A stretch of DNA of 61,735 nt from Clostridia bacterium. Its GTDB lineage: Bacteria > Bacillota > Clostridia > Oscillospirales > CAG-272. The notes beneath the pieces were generated by a model. That model was not told the origin of the DNA, searched no databases, and saw only the letters and a program-made list of their open reading frames with translations. Of the stretch, positions 47,928 to 58,329 are shown piece after piece. A program made the position numbers and the translations under genes. Every line of letters begins with the position of its first letter. Position 1 is the stretch's first letter. The stretch lies in contig JAFWPR010000005.1 of the NCBI GenBank assembly GCA_017545225.1, positions 1 to 61,735 of the forward strand, in the 5' to 3' direction.

Positions 47928-50900
47928 GCGTTACGGATAACAACAAAATAGAGTGGACCGACGCTCAGCTTCTCGCGCAGAGAAAAAGAGGGAACGTGCT
48001 CGTTTCCGCCGCTGCGGGATCCGGAAAAACGGCGGTGCTGGTAGAAAAAATAATGCGGCTTCTGACCGTATCGGGGTATTCCCTCGATCAGATGCTCGTA
48101 GTTACCTACACAAGGAACGCGGCGGACGAGCTGCGCTCCAAGATCAGAAAGAAACTGACGGAACGCGTCGCGGCGGATCCGCACGCCGCGTCTCATCTGA
48201 GCAATCTCCCGCGCGCGGTCATCGGAACGATCCACAGCTTTCTTTTGACGGTGATAAAAGAGTATTATTCCGTTCTCGGTCTCTCGCCGGGAGTTTCCGT
48301 CATCGACGATTCGGACGTAGGGGCCCTGAAGGCGGCAGCGGCGGAAGAAACGGTCGAGGCGCTGTTCGCGGACCGGTCGGCAGCGATCCCCGAAAACGAG
48401 ACGGGTATAGCCGGGATATGCGACACCCTGGGCGGAACGGAGAATGCGGAAAAAGCGATCGTATCGCTTTACGACAGGCTGAAGGAGCGCGGCTTCGGCG
48501 CCGAAAAGCTCTCGGAATACGCAGACTCGCTCGAAGATTGGTCTGATCGACCTTTTCTCCTCTCGCCGTGGGGTGAGATAATGAAAGCAGGGATCGGCGA
48601 AAAGGTCGAACACGTCAAGCGTGCAGTGCCGATTCTTATCCCTGAGATCGAACGGATCGCCGGTCAGGGCAAGACGCTCGAAGCAGCCGACCGGCTGCTG
48701 GAATCGGCCGGTATGTTTGAGGCGGCGCTTCGCGGGAACGACCTCGACGGAGTGCGCCGGGCGGCGGCGACGTACGACAAGGACGCGTTCAAGCTTGCGG
48801 ATCACTACAAAGACAATGAACCGTCAAGTCGGTTCTCGAAAATAAAAGAAGACGCGAAAGAAACGCTGTTCCAAAGAGAGGGCCTTAACCTCAGCGAGGC
48901 GGAGACCTCCGCCGCCATGAAGGCTACGGCGAAATTCGCTCGCGGGCTCGGCAGGGCGGTCGCCGCGTACGGCTCCGCCTTCGAGGAAAAGAAGAGAGAA
49001 CGCGGCCGCGTCGATTATCAGGACCTCGAGTCGTTCGCCTACGGGCTCTTCGTCGGGGAAGACGGAAAACCGACCGATATCGCCCGTAAGATCGGCGAGC
49101 GATTCCGCTTCATCTTCGTCGACGAGTATCAGGACGCGAACGGCGTTCAGGACGCCATATTCCGCGCGATCGGCGGCAGTTCGGAACTGTTTCTCGTCGG
49201 CGACGTCAAGCAGTCGATCTACAGGTTCCGCGGGGCGGAGCCGGCGGTGTTCTCAAGATATCGCGGAGAGTGGGAGAGCGTCTCCCCGGAAGACTGCGGC
49301 GGGGACGGCGACGTTTTCGAGCCGCGCGACGCGGGCATATTCATGAGCGACAACTTCAGGTGCGCGCGTCCCATAGTCGAATTTTCGAACCTCGTCTCGC
49401 GCAGGATGTTCCCGTATGGGCACGTTCCGTTCTGCCCCGACGACGAGCTGATCTTCAGCGCGAGCACCGACGCGGACTGCCCGGTATCGGTCTATCTCGT
49501 ACCGAAAACGAAGGACGGGCCGACCGAAGAAGAGTTCACTGCGAAAAAAATAAAAGAGATGATCGGGACCGTCCCGTTCGGGAAGGAACCGCTCAGACCC
49601 GACGACTTTGCGATCCTCGTTCCGACGAACGAGGACGGCAAAGCTTATACTAAAGCGCTCGCGGCGCTCGGGATCCCCACCTCCGAATCGGTCGGCGAAG
49701 AACTGTCGGAGGCCCCTGAGGTGATCCTTGCTCTCGATATCCTGAGATCCGTCGACAACCCGCTCAGGGACGGGCCTCTCGCGGGGATGATGTATTCGTC
49801 TGTCTTCGGATTCTCGCTTGACGACCTTGTGAACATAAGAGTGAAATACCCCGACGGTACGCTTTACTCCGCCGTTTCGCGAACGGCGGAGGACGGCGCG
49901 GCGGAAGAAGACGGCCTCAGAGCCAGATGCGCGGCGTTCCTCAACAGGCTGAACGGATACAGGTCGGCGGAGAGATCGTCCGCTGCGAACGTATTCGTGG
50001 AATACGTCCTGAACGAATGCGGCATACTCGACGCTCCGGAAGTCACCGGCTCCCCGGACGGAGCGGAAAAAGTCCGCGCACTGATCGACCTGTCGCGAAA
50101 ATACGAGGACGGCGTTTTCGGCGGACTTTTCGGATTCCTTTCGTATATCGACGGGCTGATCGGGGCGGGAAAGTTCACCTATACCCCGGGAAAGACCGGC
50201 TCCGTCAGAATAATGACGGTCCACAAGGCGAAGGGGCTTGAATTCCCCGTCTGTATCGTCGGAAAAACGGATAAAGCGTACAGCATCAGGGAATACAGAG
50301 AGCCGCTCCAGTTCGATCCGGAACTCGGGGTCGGGACCATGCTCCCCGGAGAGGGAGGATATACGAAATACGACACCCCCGTACGTCGGACGATCATCGA
50401 AAAAAAGAAAGCGGAAGACCGCGAGGAACACATGCGCCTTCTGTACGTCGCGATGACGAGGGCGCAGAACAAACTGATCATAACCGCGACCTGCGACCCC
50501 GAAAAGGAAAGAAACGGAGCCCGTGAGAAGGAGTGGATGAGAGACAGATCCGTCGTCATGGCGTTCACCAGGCCGCTCGAACACGTTCTCGGAGCGGCGC
50601 TCGTCTGCTCGCCGCTCGTCTGCGAAACGGTCGACGTCTCGGAGGAGGGCGTTGAGATAAGGGAAGAAGAAACTCCCGAGGAAAGGGAAAAGCGCGCCGC
50701 AAAAGAGGCCGCCGATTCGGAGGTCCTGAAGCGGATCGAAGAGAACTTCGCGTTCGAATATCCCTTCTCGTTCCTTTCGAATCTCCCGTCTAAACTCTCC
50801 GTGTCGAAGCTCTACCCCGAAGTGCTCGACGAGGGAGAAGCGGCGCTGCCCGAGGACGGGGAATTCGTCCTGCCGGACGGCGATATGCCATATCCCACGT

Positions 50901-51478
50901 TCATGACGGGGACGACGGACTATTCGCCCGCCGAAAAGGGTACGGCGAACCACGTGTTCATGCAGTTCTGCGATTTTGACAGGCTCGCCGAAGGGGCGGT
51001 CAGAGAAGAAATCGACCGTCTCGTTTCGAAGGGCTTCATGACGGCGAAGATGGCGGAACTCGTAGAAGAGGACTTCATCGTCCGATTCATCCGCGGCGGC
51101 CTGTTCGCACGGATGAGGAACGCGGAGACGACGTGGCGCGAATTCCGGTTCAACGTGCGGCTGCCCGCGGCAAAATTCACCTCTGACGGAGAGCTTGCCG
51201 AAAAGTTCGAAAAAGCCGACGCGCGCGTCACGGTGCAGGGCGTCTTCGACTGCGTGTTCCGCGAAAAGGACGGAACGCTCGTCCTCGTCGACTACAAGAC
51301 GGACGCGATGACCACATACGACCGTTCTCACCCCGACGCGTTTGCGGAGAAGCTGAGAGAGAGACATAAAACGCAGCTCTCGTACTACAGGGAAGCGGCG
51401 GCGCTCATATTCGGACGCTCGCCGGACGAGACGCTGATCTGGTCGCTCGCCATGGGCGATGCGATAGAGATCAAGTAA
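47918..51478 (+). CDS. addA: ATP-dependent helicase/nuclease subunit A
   Basis: AAAGSGKT, VDEYQD, VGDVKQSIYRFRGA, MTVHKAKGLEFP, YVAMTRA, VDYKTD. Confidence 0.95.
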   Translation: MGVSVTDNNKIEWTDAQLLAQRKRGNVLVSAAAGSGKTAVLVEKIMRLLTVSGYSLDQMLVVTYTRNAADELRSKIRKKLTERVAADPHAASHLSNLPRAVIGTIHSFLLTVIKEYYSVLGLSPGVSVIDDSDVGALKAAAAEETVEALFADRSAAIPENETGIAGICDTLGGTENAEKAIVSLYDRLKERGFGAEKLSEYADSLEDWSDRPFLLSPWGEIMKAGIGEKVEHVKRAVPILIPEIERIAGQGKTLEAADRLLESAGMFEAALRGNDLDGVRRAAATYDKDAFKLADHYKDNEPSSRFSKIKEDAKETLFQREGLNLSEAETSAAMKATAKFARGLGRAVAAYGSAFEEKKRERGRVDYQDLESFAYGLFVGEDGKPTDIARKIGERFRFIFVDEYQDANGVQDAIFRAIGGSSELFLVGDVKQSIYRFRGAEPAVFSRYRGEWESVSPEDCGGDGDVFEPRDAGIFMSDNFRCARPIVEFSNLVSRRMFPYGHVPFCPDDELIFSASTDADCPVSVYLVPKTKDGPTEEEFTAKKIKEMIGTVPFGKEPLRPDDFAILVPTNEDGKAYTKALAALGIPTSESVGEELSEAPEVILALDILRSVDNPLRDGPLAGMMYSSVFGFSLDDLVNIRVKYPDGTLYSAVSRTAEDGAAEEDGLRARCAAFLNRLNGYRSAERSSAANVFVEYVLNECGILDAPEVTGSPDGAEKVRALIDLSRKYEDGVFGGLFGFLSYIDGLIGAGKFTYTPGKTGSVRIMTVHKAKGLEFPVCIVGKTDKAYSIREYREPLQFDPELGVGTMLPGEGGYTKYDTPVRRTIIEKKKAEDREEHMRLLYVAMTRAQNKLIITATCDPEKERNGAREKEWMRDRSVVMAFTRPLEHVLGAALVCSPLVCETVDVSEEGVEIREEETPEEREKRAAKEAADSEVLKRIEENFAFEYPFSFLSNLPSKLSVSKLYPEVLDEGEAALPEDGEFVLPDGDMPYPTFMTGTTDYSPAEKGTANHVFMQFCDFDRLAEGAVREEIDRLVSKGFMTAKMAELVEEDFIVRFIRGGLFARMRNAETTWREFRFNVRLPAAKFTSDGELAEKFEKADARVTVQGVFDCVFREKDGTLVLVDYKTDAMTTYDRSHPDAFAEKLRERHKTQLSYYREAAALIFGRSPDETLIWSLAMGDAIEIK

Positions 51479-51487
51479 GGAGCAGAT

Positions 51488-52204
51488 ATGAAAAACGTAT
51501 TCATTACAGGCGCGTCGGGCGGGATCGGCTCCGCGGCCGCGGAGCGGTTCGCGGCGGCGGGATATACCGTCTTTGCCGGGTACGCGTCGGGGCGCGAAGC
51601 GGCGGAGGAACTTTGCCGCCTCACGGGTGCGATCCCCGTCGGGATCGACGTGTCGGACGAGAGTTCCGTCGGCGAGGCGTTCCGGTCCATAGAAGAGAAA
51701 GCCGGCGGAGTCGACGTCCTCGTCAACTGCGCCGGGATCGCGTCGATCCGCCTTTTCGACGAGATCACCGCGGAAGAGTGGGACAGGACGTTCGCCGTCA
51801 ACGTCAGGGGGACTTTCCTGACGTCTCGTGCCGCCGTCCCGTATATGATAAGACAAAAAAACGGAAAGATCATAAACGTGTCCTCGATGTGGGGGATAAC
51901 GGGCGCGTCGTGCGAGGTCCATTACTCCGCATCGAAGGCGGCGGTCATCGGAATGACCAAAGCGCTCGCAAAGGAGCTCGCGCCGTCGGGTATTACCGTC
52001 AACTGCGTGGCTCCCGGCGCGATCGAAACGAGGATGATCGCCCATATGAGCGATCAGGATAAAAAAGATTTTGAAAAAGAAGTGCCGCTCGGCCGCATCG
52101 GTACGCCGGACGACGTCGCGGGCGTTATCCTCTTTCTCGCCTCACGCGATGCGGACTATATCACCGGGAGCGTGATCTGTCCGGACGGAGGCGTGACGAT
52201 ATAG
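51488..52204 (+). CDS. SDR oxidoreductase, FabG/YmfI-like
   Basis: TGASGGIG, SSMWG, YSASK, VNCVAPG. Confidence 0.9.
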   Translation: MKNVFITGASGGIGSAAAERFAAAGYTVFAGYASGREAAEELCRLTGAIPVGIDVSDESSVGEAFRSIEEKAGGVDVLVNCAGIASIRLFDEITAEEWDRTFAVNVRGTFLTSRAAVPYMIRQKNGKIINVSSMWGITGASCEVHYSASKAAVIGMTKALAKELAPSGITVNCVAPGAIETRMIAHMSDQDKKDFEKEVPLGRIGTPDDVAGVILFLASRDADYITGSVICPDGGVTI

Positions 52205-52224
52205 AACGGGACGAAGTGAAAAAC

Positions 52225-52254
52225 TTGATTTTTCGACCCGGAAAGTGATATACT
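52225..52254 (+). promoter_or_regulatory. sigma-A-type promoter of the deacetylase pair
   Basis: TTGATT-18-TATACT with extended TG. Confidence 0.55.
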
Positions 52255-52283
52255 TATTACAGAAAAAAGTCCCGGAGGCAAAT

Positions 52284-53300
52284 ATGAAAAAACACGGAAT
52301 AAAGATACTTTCAGCCGTTCTCGCCCTGATCATGTTCTCGGCGGTCCTCGTTTCATGTATGAGAGAGGCCGATCCCGGAGGAGCGGGCAGAACGGTCCCG
52401 TCGACTGAGGCGCAGACTGCGCCGGAGCCGTCGGGTACCGACGGACAGAACACGGCTCCCGCGACGGAGACAGAGACGGAAACTGAAACGGAGCAGGGAG
52501 GTATCCTGCCGCCTCCCGCGGGAACGGTCTCGAGGCCTGCGGATCTTTCCGCGATCGACGCGATCCCGAGAGACTTTTTCCCGGACGCCGCGGACGACGG
52601 TCAGGGAACGTGGTACATGGGTAAAACAGTGTACGACGAAGCGACCGGAGAGATCTCGACTGTTTTCGAGAGGGATCCCGAAACGCTCGCGACGCTTGAA
52701 GAATACGGCGGCATCTACCTGAAGAACGCCGACCAGAAGGTTGTTTATCTCACGTTCGACTGCGGTTACGAGAACGGCAACACTCCGCTGATCCTTGACG
52801 TGCTCAAAGAAAAGAACGCGAAGGGGATATTCTTTGTGACCGGCGCGTACATAGACACTTCGTCCGAGATCATTCAGAGGATGCTCGACGAGGGCCACCT
52901 CGTCGGTACGCACACGAACAATCACAAGAATATGGCGTTGCTCTCCGCGGAGGAGTTCATCGACGAGATCCTCTCCAACGAAGAGAAACTGAAATCGCAT
53001 ATCCCAAACGCGCCCGATATGATCTATTACCGTCCGCCGATGGGCGCGACGTCCAGGTGGGCGCTCGCAATGGCGCAGGCGATGGGACTCACGACCGTTA
53101 TGTGGTCGTGGACGCAGTACGACTACGATCCGAACGATCAGCCCGATCCGTATTCCGCGCTCGAAAACGCAAAGAGCGGTCTGCGCCCGGGATGCGTCTA
53201 TCTGCTCCACGCGGTCTCGTCGACGAACGCCGCGATCCTCGGCGATCTGATCGACTTTATCCGCGCACAGGGTTATGAAATAAGAAGAATGGATCAATAA
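52284..53300 (+). CDS. Polysaccharide deacetylase (CE4, PdaA-like) lipoprotein
   Basis: Lipobox LVSC; YLTFDCGYENG, HTNNH, RPPMG, YLLH. Confidence 0.9.
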   Translation: MKKHGIKILSAVLALIMFSAVLVSCMREADPGGAGRTVPSTEAQTAPEPSGTDGQNTAPATETETETETEQGGILPPPAGTVSRPADLSAIDAIPRDFFPDAADDGQGTWYMGKTVYDEATGEISTVFERDPETLATLEEYGGIYLKNADQKVVYLTFDCGYENGNTPLILDVLKEKNAKGIFFVTGAYIDTSSEIIQRMLDEGHLVGTHTNNHKNMALLSAEEFIDEILSNEEKLKSHIPNAPDMIYYRPPMGATSRWALAMAQAMGLTTVMWSWTQYDYDPNDQPDPYSALENAKSGLRPGCVYLLHAVSSTNAAILGDLIDFIRAQGYEIRRMDQ

Positions 53301-53302
53301 AA

Positions 53303-54349
53303 ATGAATAAAACGACGAAAATACTGTCAGCGCTCTTCGCCCTCGCTTTCGTTTTCTCTCTCACCTCCTGCTCGGGAACGAACGATCCCGGTCAGGGCGG
53401 CGCGGGAAGGCAGACTTCATCCGTCCCCGCGAACGAAACCGGGACGGAAACTGCGAGCATCGGGACGGAAAGCGAGACGGCGGCGCCGCCTCCGTCGACA
53501 GCCGACGGATGGGCGTCAGTGACCGGAAGCTACGCCGCGGGGGATCTCGTATATACCCGCGCCGACGGCACGACTCTTTCCGACTTTTCGTTCCTCGATT
53601 CCGCGTCGCACGAGTATATGCCCGATTCGGGCGACCCGGACACAGGATCGTGGTACTGCGGCAAGACGGAGCGCGATCCCACGACAGGAGAGGTCACGAA
53701 AGTGTGGGACAGGGCGCCCGAAACGCTTGCGCTGCTTGAAAAATACGGCGTTGTTTACCGAGGCGACGAATCGCGGAAAGTATGTTATCTCACGTTTGAC
53801 TGCGACTATAACTACAACGGAAACGTGGGCCGGATCCTCGACGTGCTGAAGGAAAAAGGGGTCACGGCGCTCTTCGTTCTCAACGGACAGATCATAGAGA
53901 CTGAGCCGGAGCTCGTAAAGCGGATGGTCGACGACGGTCATATAATCGGCAATCACGGGAGAAATCACAAGAACATGGCGCGGGTGGACGTCGACACGTT
54001 TATCGCGGAGATCGAAGACAACAACGCGCTTCTGAAACAGAACGTACCCGGCGCAAAGTATATGACATACTACCGACCTCCGTACGGAACGGTCACGGAA
54101 TGGGATATGGCGCTCGCTCAGCAGATGGGTCTGAAGAACGTGCTGTATTCGTGGACATACGACGATTATCACGACGACGCGCAGCCCGATCCCGCCGAAG
54201 CGCTCAACGCGATCCTTCGCGGACTGCACCCCGGATGCGTCTTCATGTTCCATCCCAAATCCACGACGGACGCCGCTATAATGGGCGACGTGATCGACGG
54301 GATCCGCGCTGCGGGTTACGAGATAGAAACGGTCGATAAGATCGGGTGA
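53303..54349 (+). CDS. Polysaccharide deacetylase (CE4, PdaA-like) lipoprotein, tandem paralog
   Basis: Lipobox LTSC; YLTFDCDY, HGRNH, RPPYG, FMFH. Confidence 0.9.
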   Translation: MNKTTKILSALFALAFVFSLTSCSGTNDPGQGGAGRQTSSVPANETGTETASIGTESETAAPPPSTADGWASVTGSYAAGDLVYTRADGTTLSDFSFLDSASHEYMPDSGDPDTGSWYCGKTERDPTTGEVTKVWDRAPETLALLEKYGVVYRGDESRKVCYLTFDCDYNYNGNVGRILDVLKEKGVTALFVLNGQIIETEPELVKRMVDDGHIIGNHGRNHKNMARVDVDTFIAEIEDNNALLKQNVPGAKYMTYYRPPYGTVTEWDMALAQQMGLKNVLYSWTYDDYHDDAQPDPAEALNAILRGLHPGCVFMFHPKSTTDAAIMGDVIDGIRAAGYEIETVDKIG

Positions 54350-54383
54350 CGGAGATCACCCTTAAAATTAAGGAGGAGAGCAT

Positions 54384-54662
54384 ATGGATATCAAGGCTGA
54401 AATCGAAAAAGCGGTAGCGAAGATCACAGGCGACAACAAGAAAGTAGAAGCGTTCAAAAAGGACCCGGCAGGCACCGTCAAATCAGTCCTCGGCTCGGGC
54501 GCGGCGAAAGACCTGATCGACAAGGTCATTGCGGCAATCAAAGCGGCGCTCGGATCGGGCGGAATCGGCGAAGTCGCAAAGAAGGCGGCAGGAGGAGTCG
54601 GCGACGTGGCGAAGAAAGCCGGCGACGCGATCGGCGGGCTGTTCGGAAAAAAGGATGACTGA
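54384..54662 (+). CDS. Small Ala/Lys/Gly-rich hypothetical protein
   Basis: AAGGAGG RBS; FKKDPAGTVKSVLG; terminator follows. Confidence 0.8.
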   Translation: MDIKAEIEKAVAKITGDNKKVEAFKKDPAGTVKSVLGSGAAKDLIDKVIAAIKAALGSGGIGEVAKKAAGGVGDVAKKAGDAIGGLFGKKDD

Positions 54663-54668
54663 CAAATC

Positions 54669-54708
54669 AAAAAAAGAAACCGGAGATCACGTCTCCGGTT
54701 TTTCTTTT
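54669..54708. terminator. Intrinsic terminator
   Basis: AAAAAAAGAAACCGGAGA-TCACG-TCTCCGGTTTTTCTTTT. Confidence 0.75.
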
Positions 54709-54715
54709 GCTTTAT

Positions 54716-55250
54716 TTTTCCCTCGCGGACAACTTGAAGCACATAAACTCCGCTCGCGAGACGGAAAGTATGGTTTGCGGTTCTGCGTGATGCAATCTTT
54801 TTTTCTCTAGAGAAAAAAAGACTGCGCTGAAAAAAAGAGTCGCTCTGGGGCGGGAGGAGGTTTCGCATGAGGTCGACAAGCGACCTCGCTCAAACCCTCT
54901 TGCCCGGATTACGGTTCCCGAAATCGCTCGCTCCGCTGACGCGTCGCGCGATTTCGACCATTGCTCCGGTCTCGCCGTCGCTTCATCCGCCCCCGGCGGC
55001 GCTTGGCGAGCCCGCCCCCGAAACCTCCCCCTCCCTCCCGCGCGATGAAGACACCTCTTTCGGGCAAAGCGTCGCGTACGGAAGGAAAAGCGAGTGTTTT
55101 CGTTTTTCTCGTTCACCGTAACGTGAAGTCAGATAAAGACATTCGGCGAGACGAGGTGGTGTCGGCGATTCGTGCTGATGGATTCATTTTGTTTTGAAGA
55201 TACCGAACAATTTATGCTTTTCTCCTTTTCATGTTAAAAACACAATAATG
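54716..55250. repeat. Second locus of the modular non-coding repeat
   Basis: Shares CGGTTCCCGAAATC..GCTCCGCTGACGCGTCGCGCGATTTCGACC, CGTTTTTCTCGTTCA, GGTGTCGGCGATTCGTGCTGAT and the TCTAGA palindrome (54798) with 16256-17208. Confidence 0.85.
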
Positions 55251-55251
55251 T

Positions 55252-55336
55252 AAAAAACACCGGCGGAAGTATTTCCGCCGGCTCTTTTATAAAGTTTCTT
55301 GGGGGTCCGGGGGCGTCTTTGGGGAGAAGCCCCCGG
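55252..55336. repeat. Terminator-like hairpin plus solo REP-like unit
   Basis: CCGGCGGAA-GTAT-TTCCGCCGG, then AAAGTTTCTTGGGGGTCCGGGGGC...GCCCCCGG resembling 36752-36794. Confidence 0.55.
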
Positions 55337-55340
55337 GATT

Positions 55341-55532
55341 TTATTCAGGCAACTGCACGTCTTTAGTGTCCAGCGTGCCGTGGACGCGCTCGGTGTAGTC
55401 GACGTTCGTGCGGGCGAGGAACGCGATGTGATTGTTCAGCGTTCTGTTCTCGCGTGCCGCGGCGGCGACGAGTTTCTTGTACAGTCCCTCTTCCATGCGG
55501 ACCTCGAAGGTCACCTTGTTCTTTCCTGCCAT
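55341..55532 (-). CDS. Small Arc/ribbon-helix-helix-like DNA-binding protein
   Basis: GAGGGG RBS; VTFEVRMEEGLYKKLVAAAARENRTLNNHI fits the Arc-like pattern. Confidence 0.75.
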   Translation of the reverse strand: MAGKNKVTFEVRMEEGLYKKLVAAAARENRTLNNHIAFLARTNVDYTERVHGTLDTKDVQLPE

Positions 55533-55546
55533 TCTTCTTTGCCCCC

Positions 55547-56200
55547 TCAGGTCATTTTTTCCTGCTTGACTTTCTTGTCGATCACGTGGCGGGAGGCAAG
55601 CTCGTTTATAACGTCCGCGGGGGTGATGCCGGCCTCGCACATCAGGACCATCACGTGATACATCAGGTCGGCGATCTCGTATATCGTCTCCTTTTTATCC
55701 TCCGCCTTGGAGGCGATAATGACCTCGGTACACTCCTCGCCCACCTTTTTCAGGATCTTGTCGAGCCCCTTCTCAAAGAGGTATGTCGTATAGGAGCCCT
55801 CCTTGCCGTTCACTTTCCTGTCGCGGATCAGATCCATCAGCGCGTCGGGCGTGAAGTCGGCGACCTCGTCGGAGACGAACAGATCGTCGTTGAAGCACGA
55901 ATCGGTCCCCAGATGGCACGCCGGGCCGTCCTTTTCGACTACGACGACGAGCGCGTCGCGGTCGCAGTCGGCTGTGATCCTCGCCACGTGCTGAACGTTG
56001 CCGGACGTCTCGCCCTTGCGCCACAATTGCTGACGCGAGCGGGAGAAAAAGCAGGTCCGCCCCTCGTTCAGGGTGATCTCGACGCTCTGTCTGTTCATGT
56101 ACGCCACGGTCAGCACTTTCCGCGACACGTTGTCCACGACGACGGCGGGGATAAGACCCTTTTCATCGAATTTCAGATCGTTTACGGTTATATTCGCCAT
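55547..56200 (-). CDS. hisIE: Bifunctional phosphoribosyl-AMP cyclohydrolase / phosphoribosyl-ATP diphosphatase
   Basis: [39 protein letters not shown]. Confidence 0.96.
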   Translation of the reverse strand: MANITVNDLKFDEKGLIPAVVVDNVSRKVLTVAYMNRQSVEITLNEGRTCFFSRSRQQLWRKGETSGNVQHVARITADCDRDALVVVVEKDGPACHLGTDSCFNDDLFVSDEVADFTPDALMDLIRDRKVNGKEGSYTTYLFEKGLDKILKKVGEECTEVIIASKAEDKKETIYEIADLMYHVMVLMCEAGITPADVINELASRHVIDKKVKQEKMT

Positions 56201-56201
56201 A

Positions 56202-56969
56202 TCACTTCTCCCCAATCCTCACCGGGATCCCCTCGGCGGCGAGAGCCGCTTTGAGATCCGGGATTTTTATCTCACCGAAATGGAAGACCGACGCCGCCAG
56301 CCCCGCGTCGACTCCGGGGACCTCGCGGAACAGGGTCACGAAATCTTCGACTTTGCCCGCGCCGCCCGACGCGATCACCGGGACGCTCACAGCGTCGCAG
56401 ACCGTGCGGAGCATCGGCAGGTCGAACCCGCCTTTCACGCCGTCCGTGTCCATACTGTTCAGGACGACCTCGCCCGCGCCGTTCCCGACGCAGCGTTTTA
56501 TCCACTCGACCGCCTCGAGCCCCGTATCGTCCCTGCCCCCGCGGGCGAAGACGCGGAACTCGCCGTTCACTCTTTTAACGTCGGCGGAGATCACGACGCA
56601 CTGATCGCCGTATCTCTTCGCCGCCTCGCCGATCAGGGACGGATCTTTTATCGCGCCGGAGTTGACGCTCACCTTGTCCGCGCCGCAGCGCAGAACGCGC
56701 TCGAAATCGGAAAGCGACGACACGCCGCCTCCGACGGTCAGCGGGATGAACACGCGCCGAGCCGCCTCCGCGAGGATATCCGTGAAGATGCGTCTGCCCT
56801 CGGCTGACGCCGTTATATCGTAAAAGACGAGCTCGTCCGCTCCCGCGTCGCTGTAATACGAGGCGAGCGCGACCGGAGAGTCGACGTCGGCGAGATCCTT
56901 GAAGTTGACGCCCTTTACAACTCTTCCGTCGCGGACGTCGAGGCACGGGATAATTCTTTTCGTTATCAC
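56202..56969 (-). CDS. hisF: Imidazole glycerol phosphate synthase cyclase subunit
   Basis: [32 protein letters not shown]. Confidence 0.97.
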   Translation of the reverse strand: MITKRIIPCLDVRDGRVVKGVNFKDLADVDSPVALASYYSDAGADELVFYDITASAEGRRIFTDILAEAARRVFIPLTVGGGVSSLSDFERVLRCGADKVSVNSGAIKDPSLIGEAAKRYGDQCVVISADVKRVNGEFRVFARGGRDDTGLEAVEWIKRCVGNGAGEVVLNSMDTDGVKGGFDLPMLRTVCDAVSVPVIASGGAGKVEDFVTLFREVPGVDAGLAASVFHFGEIKIPDLKAALAAEGIPVRIGEK

Positions 56970-57688
56970 TTTGCCACCTCCGCCGCTCTCAGCGCGTCGG
57001 CGAGCGTGATCTCACCGACGTAAAGCGCGCGTCCGAGGATCGCTCCCACGACTCCCGCTTCTGCGAGCGCCTTTATATCTGCGGCCGACGCTATCCCGCC
57101 CGACGCGACGATACCGACGGGCAGTTCCGCCGTCATTTTGCGGTAAAGATCGAGGTTCGCGCCTTTTTTTTCTCCGTCGCGGGAGATGTCGGTAACTATG
57201 ACCGTTCCGACGCCGAGCGAACCCATGCGTTTTACGAAATCGAACAGTTCCTCGCCCGAGGATTGCCGCCACCCCCTCACGGCGATCACGCCGTCGCGCG
57301 CGTCCGCGCCTACGACGATATGTCCGCCGTATTCGGAGCACATATCGCGGGTGAACTCTTCGTTCTCCGCCGCGGCGGTGCCGAGTATCACGCGGAATGC
57401 GCCCGCGTCGAGATAAGTCCTCACGCTCTCTTCGTCGCGCACGCCGCCCCCGACTTCGACTCTGAGGGACGTCTCCCCGATTATTCTCTTTATCACTTCT
57501 TCGTTCGGGCGGCCGCCGTCCTTCGCGCCGTCGAGATCGACGACGTGGAGAAATTCCGCGCCTTCCGATTCAAACTTTTTCGCCGCGGCGACCGGATCGT
57601 CGCCGAAAACGGTCATCTTCCCGTAATCGCCCTGCTTCAGGCGAACGGCCTTGCCGCCGATAAGGTCGACGGCGGGAAATATAATCAT
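56966..57688 (-). CDS. hisA: ProFAR isomerase
   Basis: IFPAVDLIGGKAVRLKQGDY, LHVVDLDGA, VGGGVR, TDISRDG. Confidence 0.97.
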   Translation of the reverse strand: MIIFPAVDLIGGKAVRLKQGDYGKMTVFGDDPVAAAKKFESEGAEFLHVVDLDGAKDGGRPNEEVIKRIIGETSLRVEVGGGVRDEESVRTYLDAGAFRVILGTAAAENEEFTRDMCSEYGGHIVVGADARDGVIAVRGWRQSSGEELFDFVKRMGSLGVGTVIVTDISRDGEKKGANLDLYRKMTAELPVGIVASGGIASAADIKALAEAGVVGAILGRALYVGEITLADALRAAEVAK

Positions 57689-58329
57689 AGGACAGGACCG
57701 CCTTTCGGAACTTTTGAAAACGATTTGAGTATGCGAAGACCCACGTCTCCGCTTTTCTCCGGGTGGAACTGCGTTCCGAAAACGGACCCGCCGCCCCACA
57801 CCGCCGCAGTCACCGGCACGCCGCCGCAGTCAACCGACGCGGCGAGCGCTCCGCCGCAGTCAGAGCCGTAAAACGAATGGACGAAATAGACGAAATCGCC
57901 GTTCTTAATATCCTCGAAGATCGGGCATTCCCCGCCGCGCTCCGTGAGGGCGAGCGAATTCCATCCGATCTGCGGTATCTTCTCGGAGTCGGGGATATAT
58001 CCCCTCATCGGACGGACGGAGCCTTTTATCAGACCGAGGCCGCCGTGCTCGCCGTACTCAAAGCTTTTCTCAAACAAAAGCTGCATCCCGAGGCAGATAC
58101 CGAGAAGAGGGATCCCCGCCTCCGCCGCGTCGAGCACCGCTTCGAACATACCGGACGAGCGCAGCTTCTCCGCCGCGTCGCCGAACGCGCCGACGCCCGG
58201 GAGAATAAGACGCTCCGCCGAGCGCACCGCGTCGGGATCGGACGTCACCGTCGCGTCCTCGCCGATGAAAGCGAACGAGCTTTCGAGCGAGAACAAATTA
58301 CCGACGCCGTAATCGATTATCGTGACCAT
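57685..58329 (-). CDS. hisH: Imidazole glycerol phosphate synthase glutaminase subunit
   Basis: IDYGVGNL, LPGVGAF, GICLGMQ, QFHPEKS. Confidence 0.97.
   Translation of the reverse strand: MVTIIDYGVGNLFSLESSFAFIGEDATVTSDPDAVRSAERLILPGVGAFGDAAEKLRSSGMFEAVLDAAEAGIPLLGICLGMQLLFEKSFEYGEHGGLGLIKGSVRPMRGYIPDSEKIPQIGWNSLALTERGGECPIFEDIKNGDFVYFVHSFYGSDCGGALAASVDCGGVPVTAAVWGGGSVFGTQFHPEKSGDVGLRILKSFSKVPKGGPVL

Noticed and set aside
44628-51478. Helicase + PD-(D/E)xK nuclease pair as a defence system
   Set aside because: Motifs, sizes and gene order match housekeeping AddB-AddA.
52462-52492. Thr-Glu coding repeats (also near 40500-40520)
   Set aside because: Ordinary low-complexity linkers of surface proteins.
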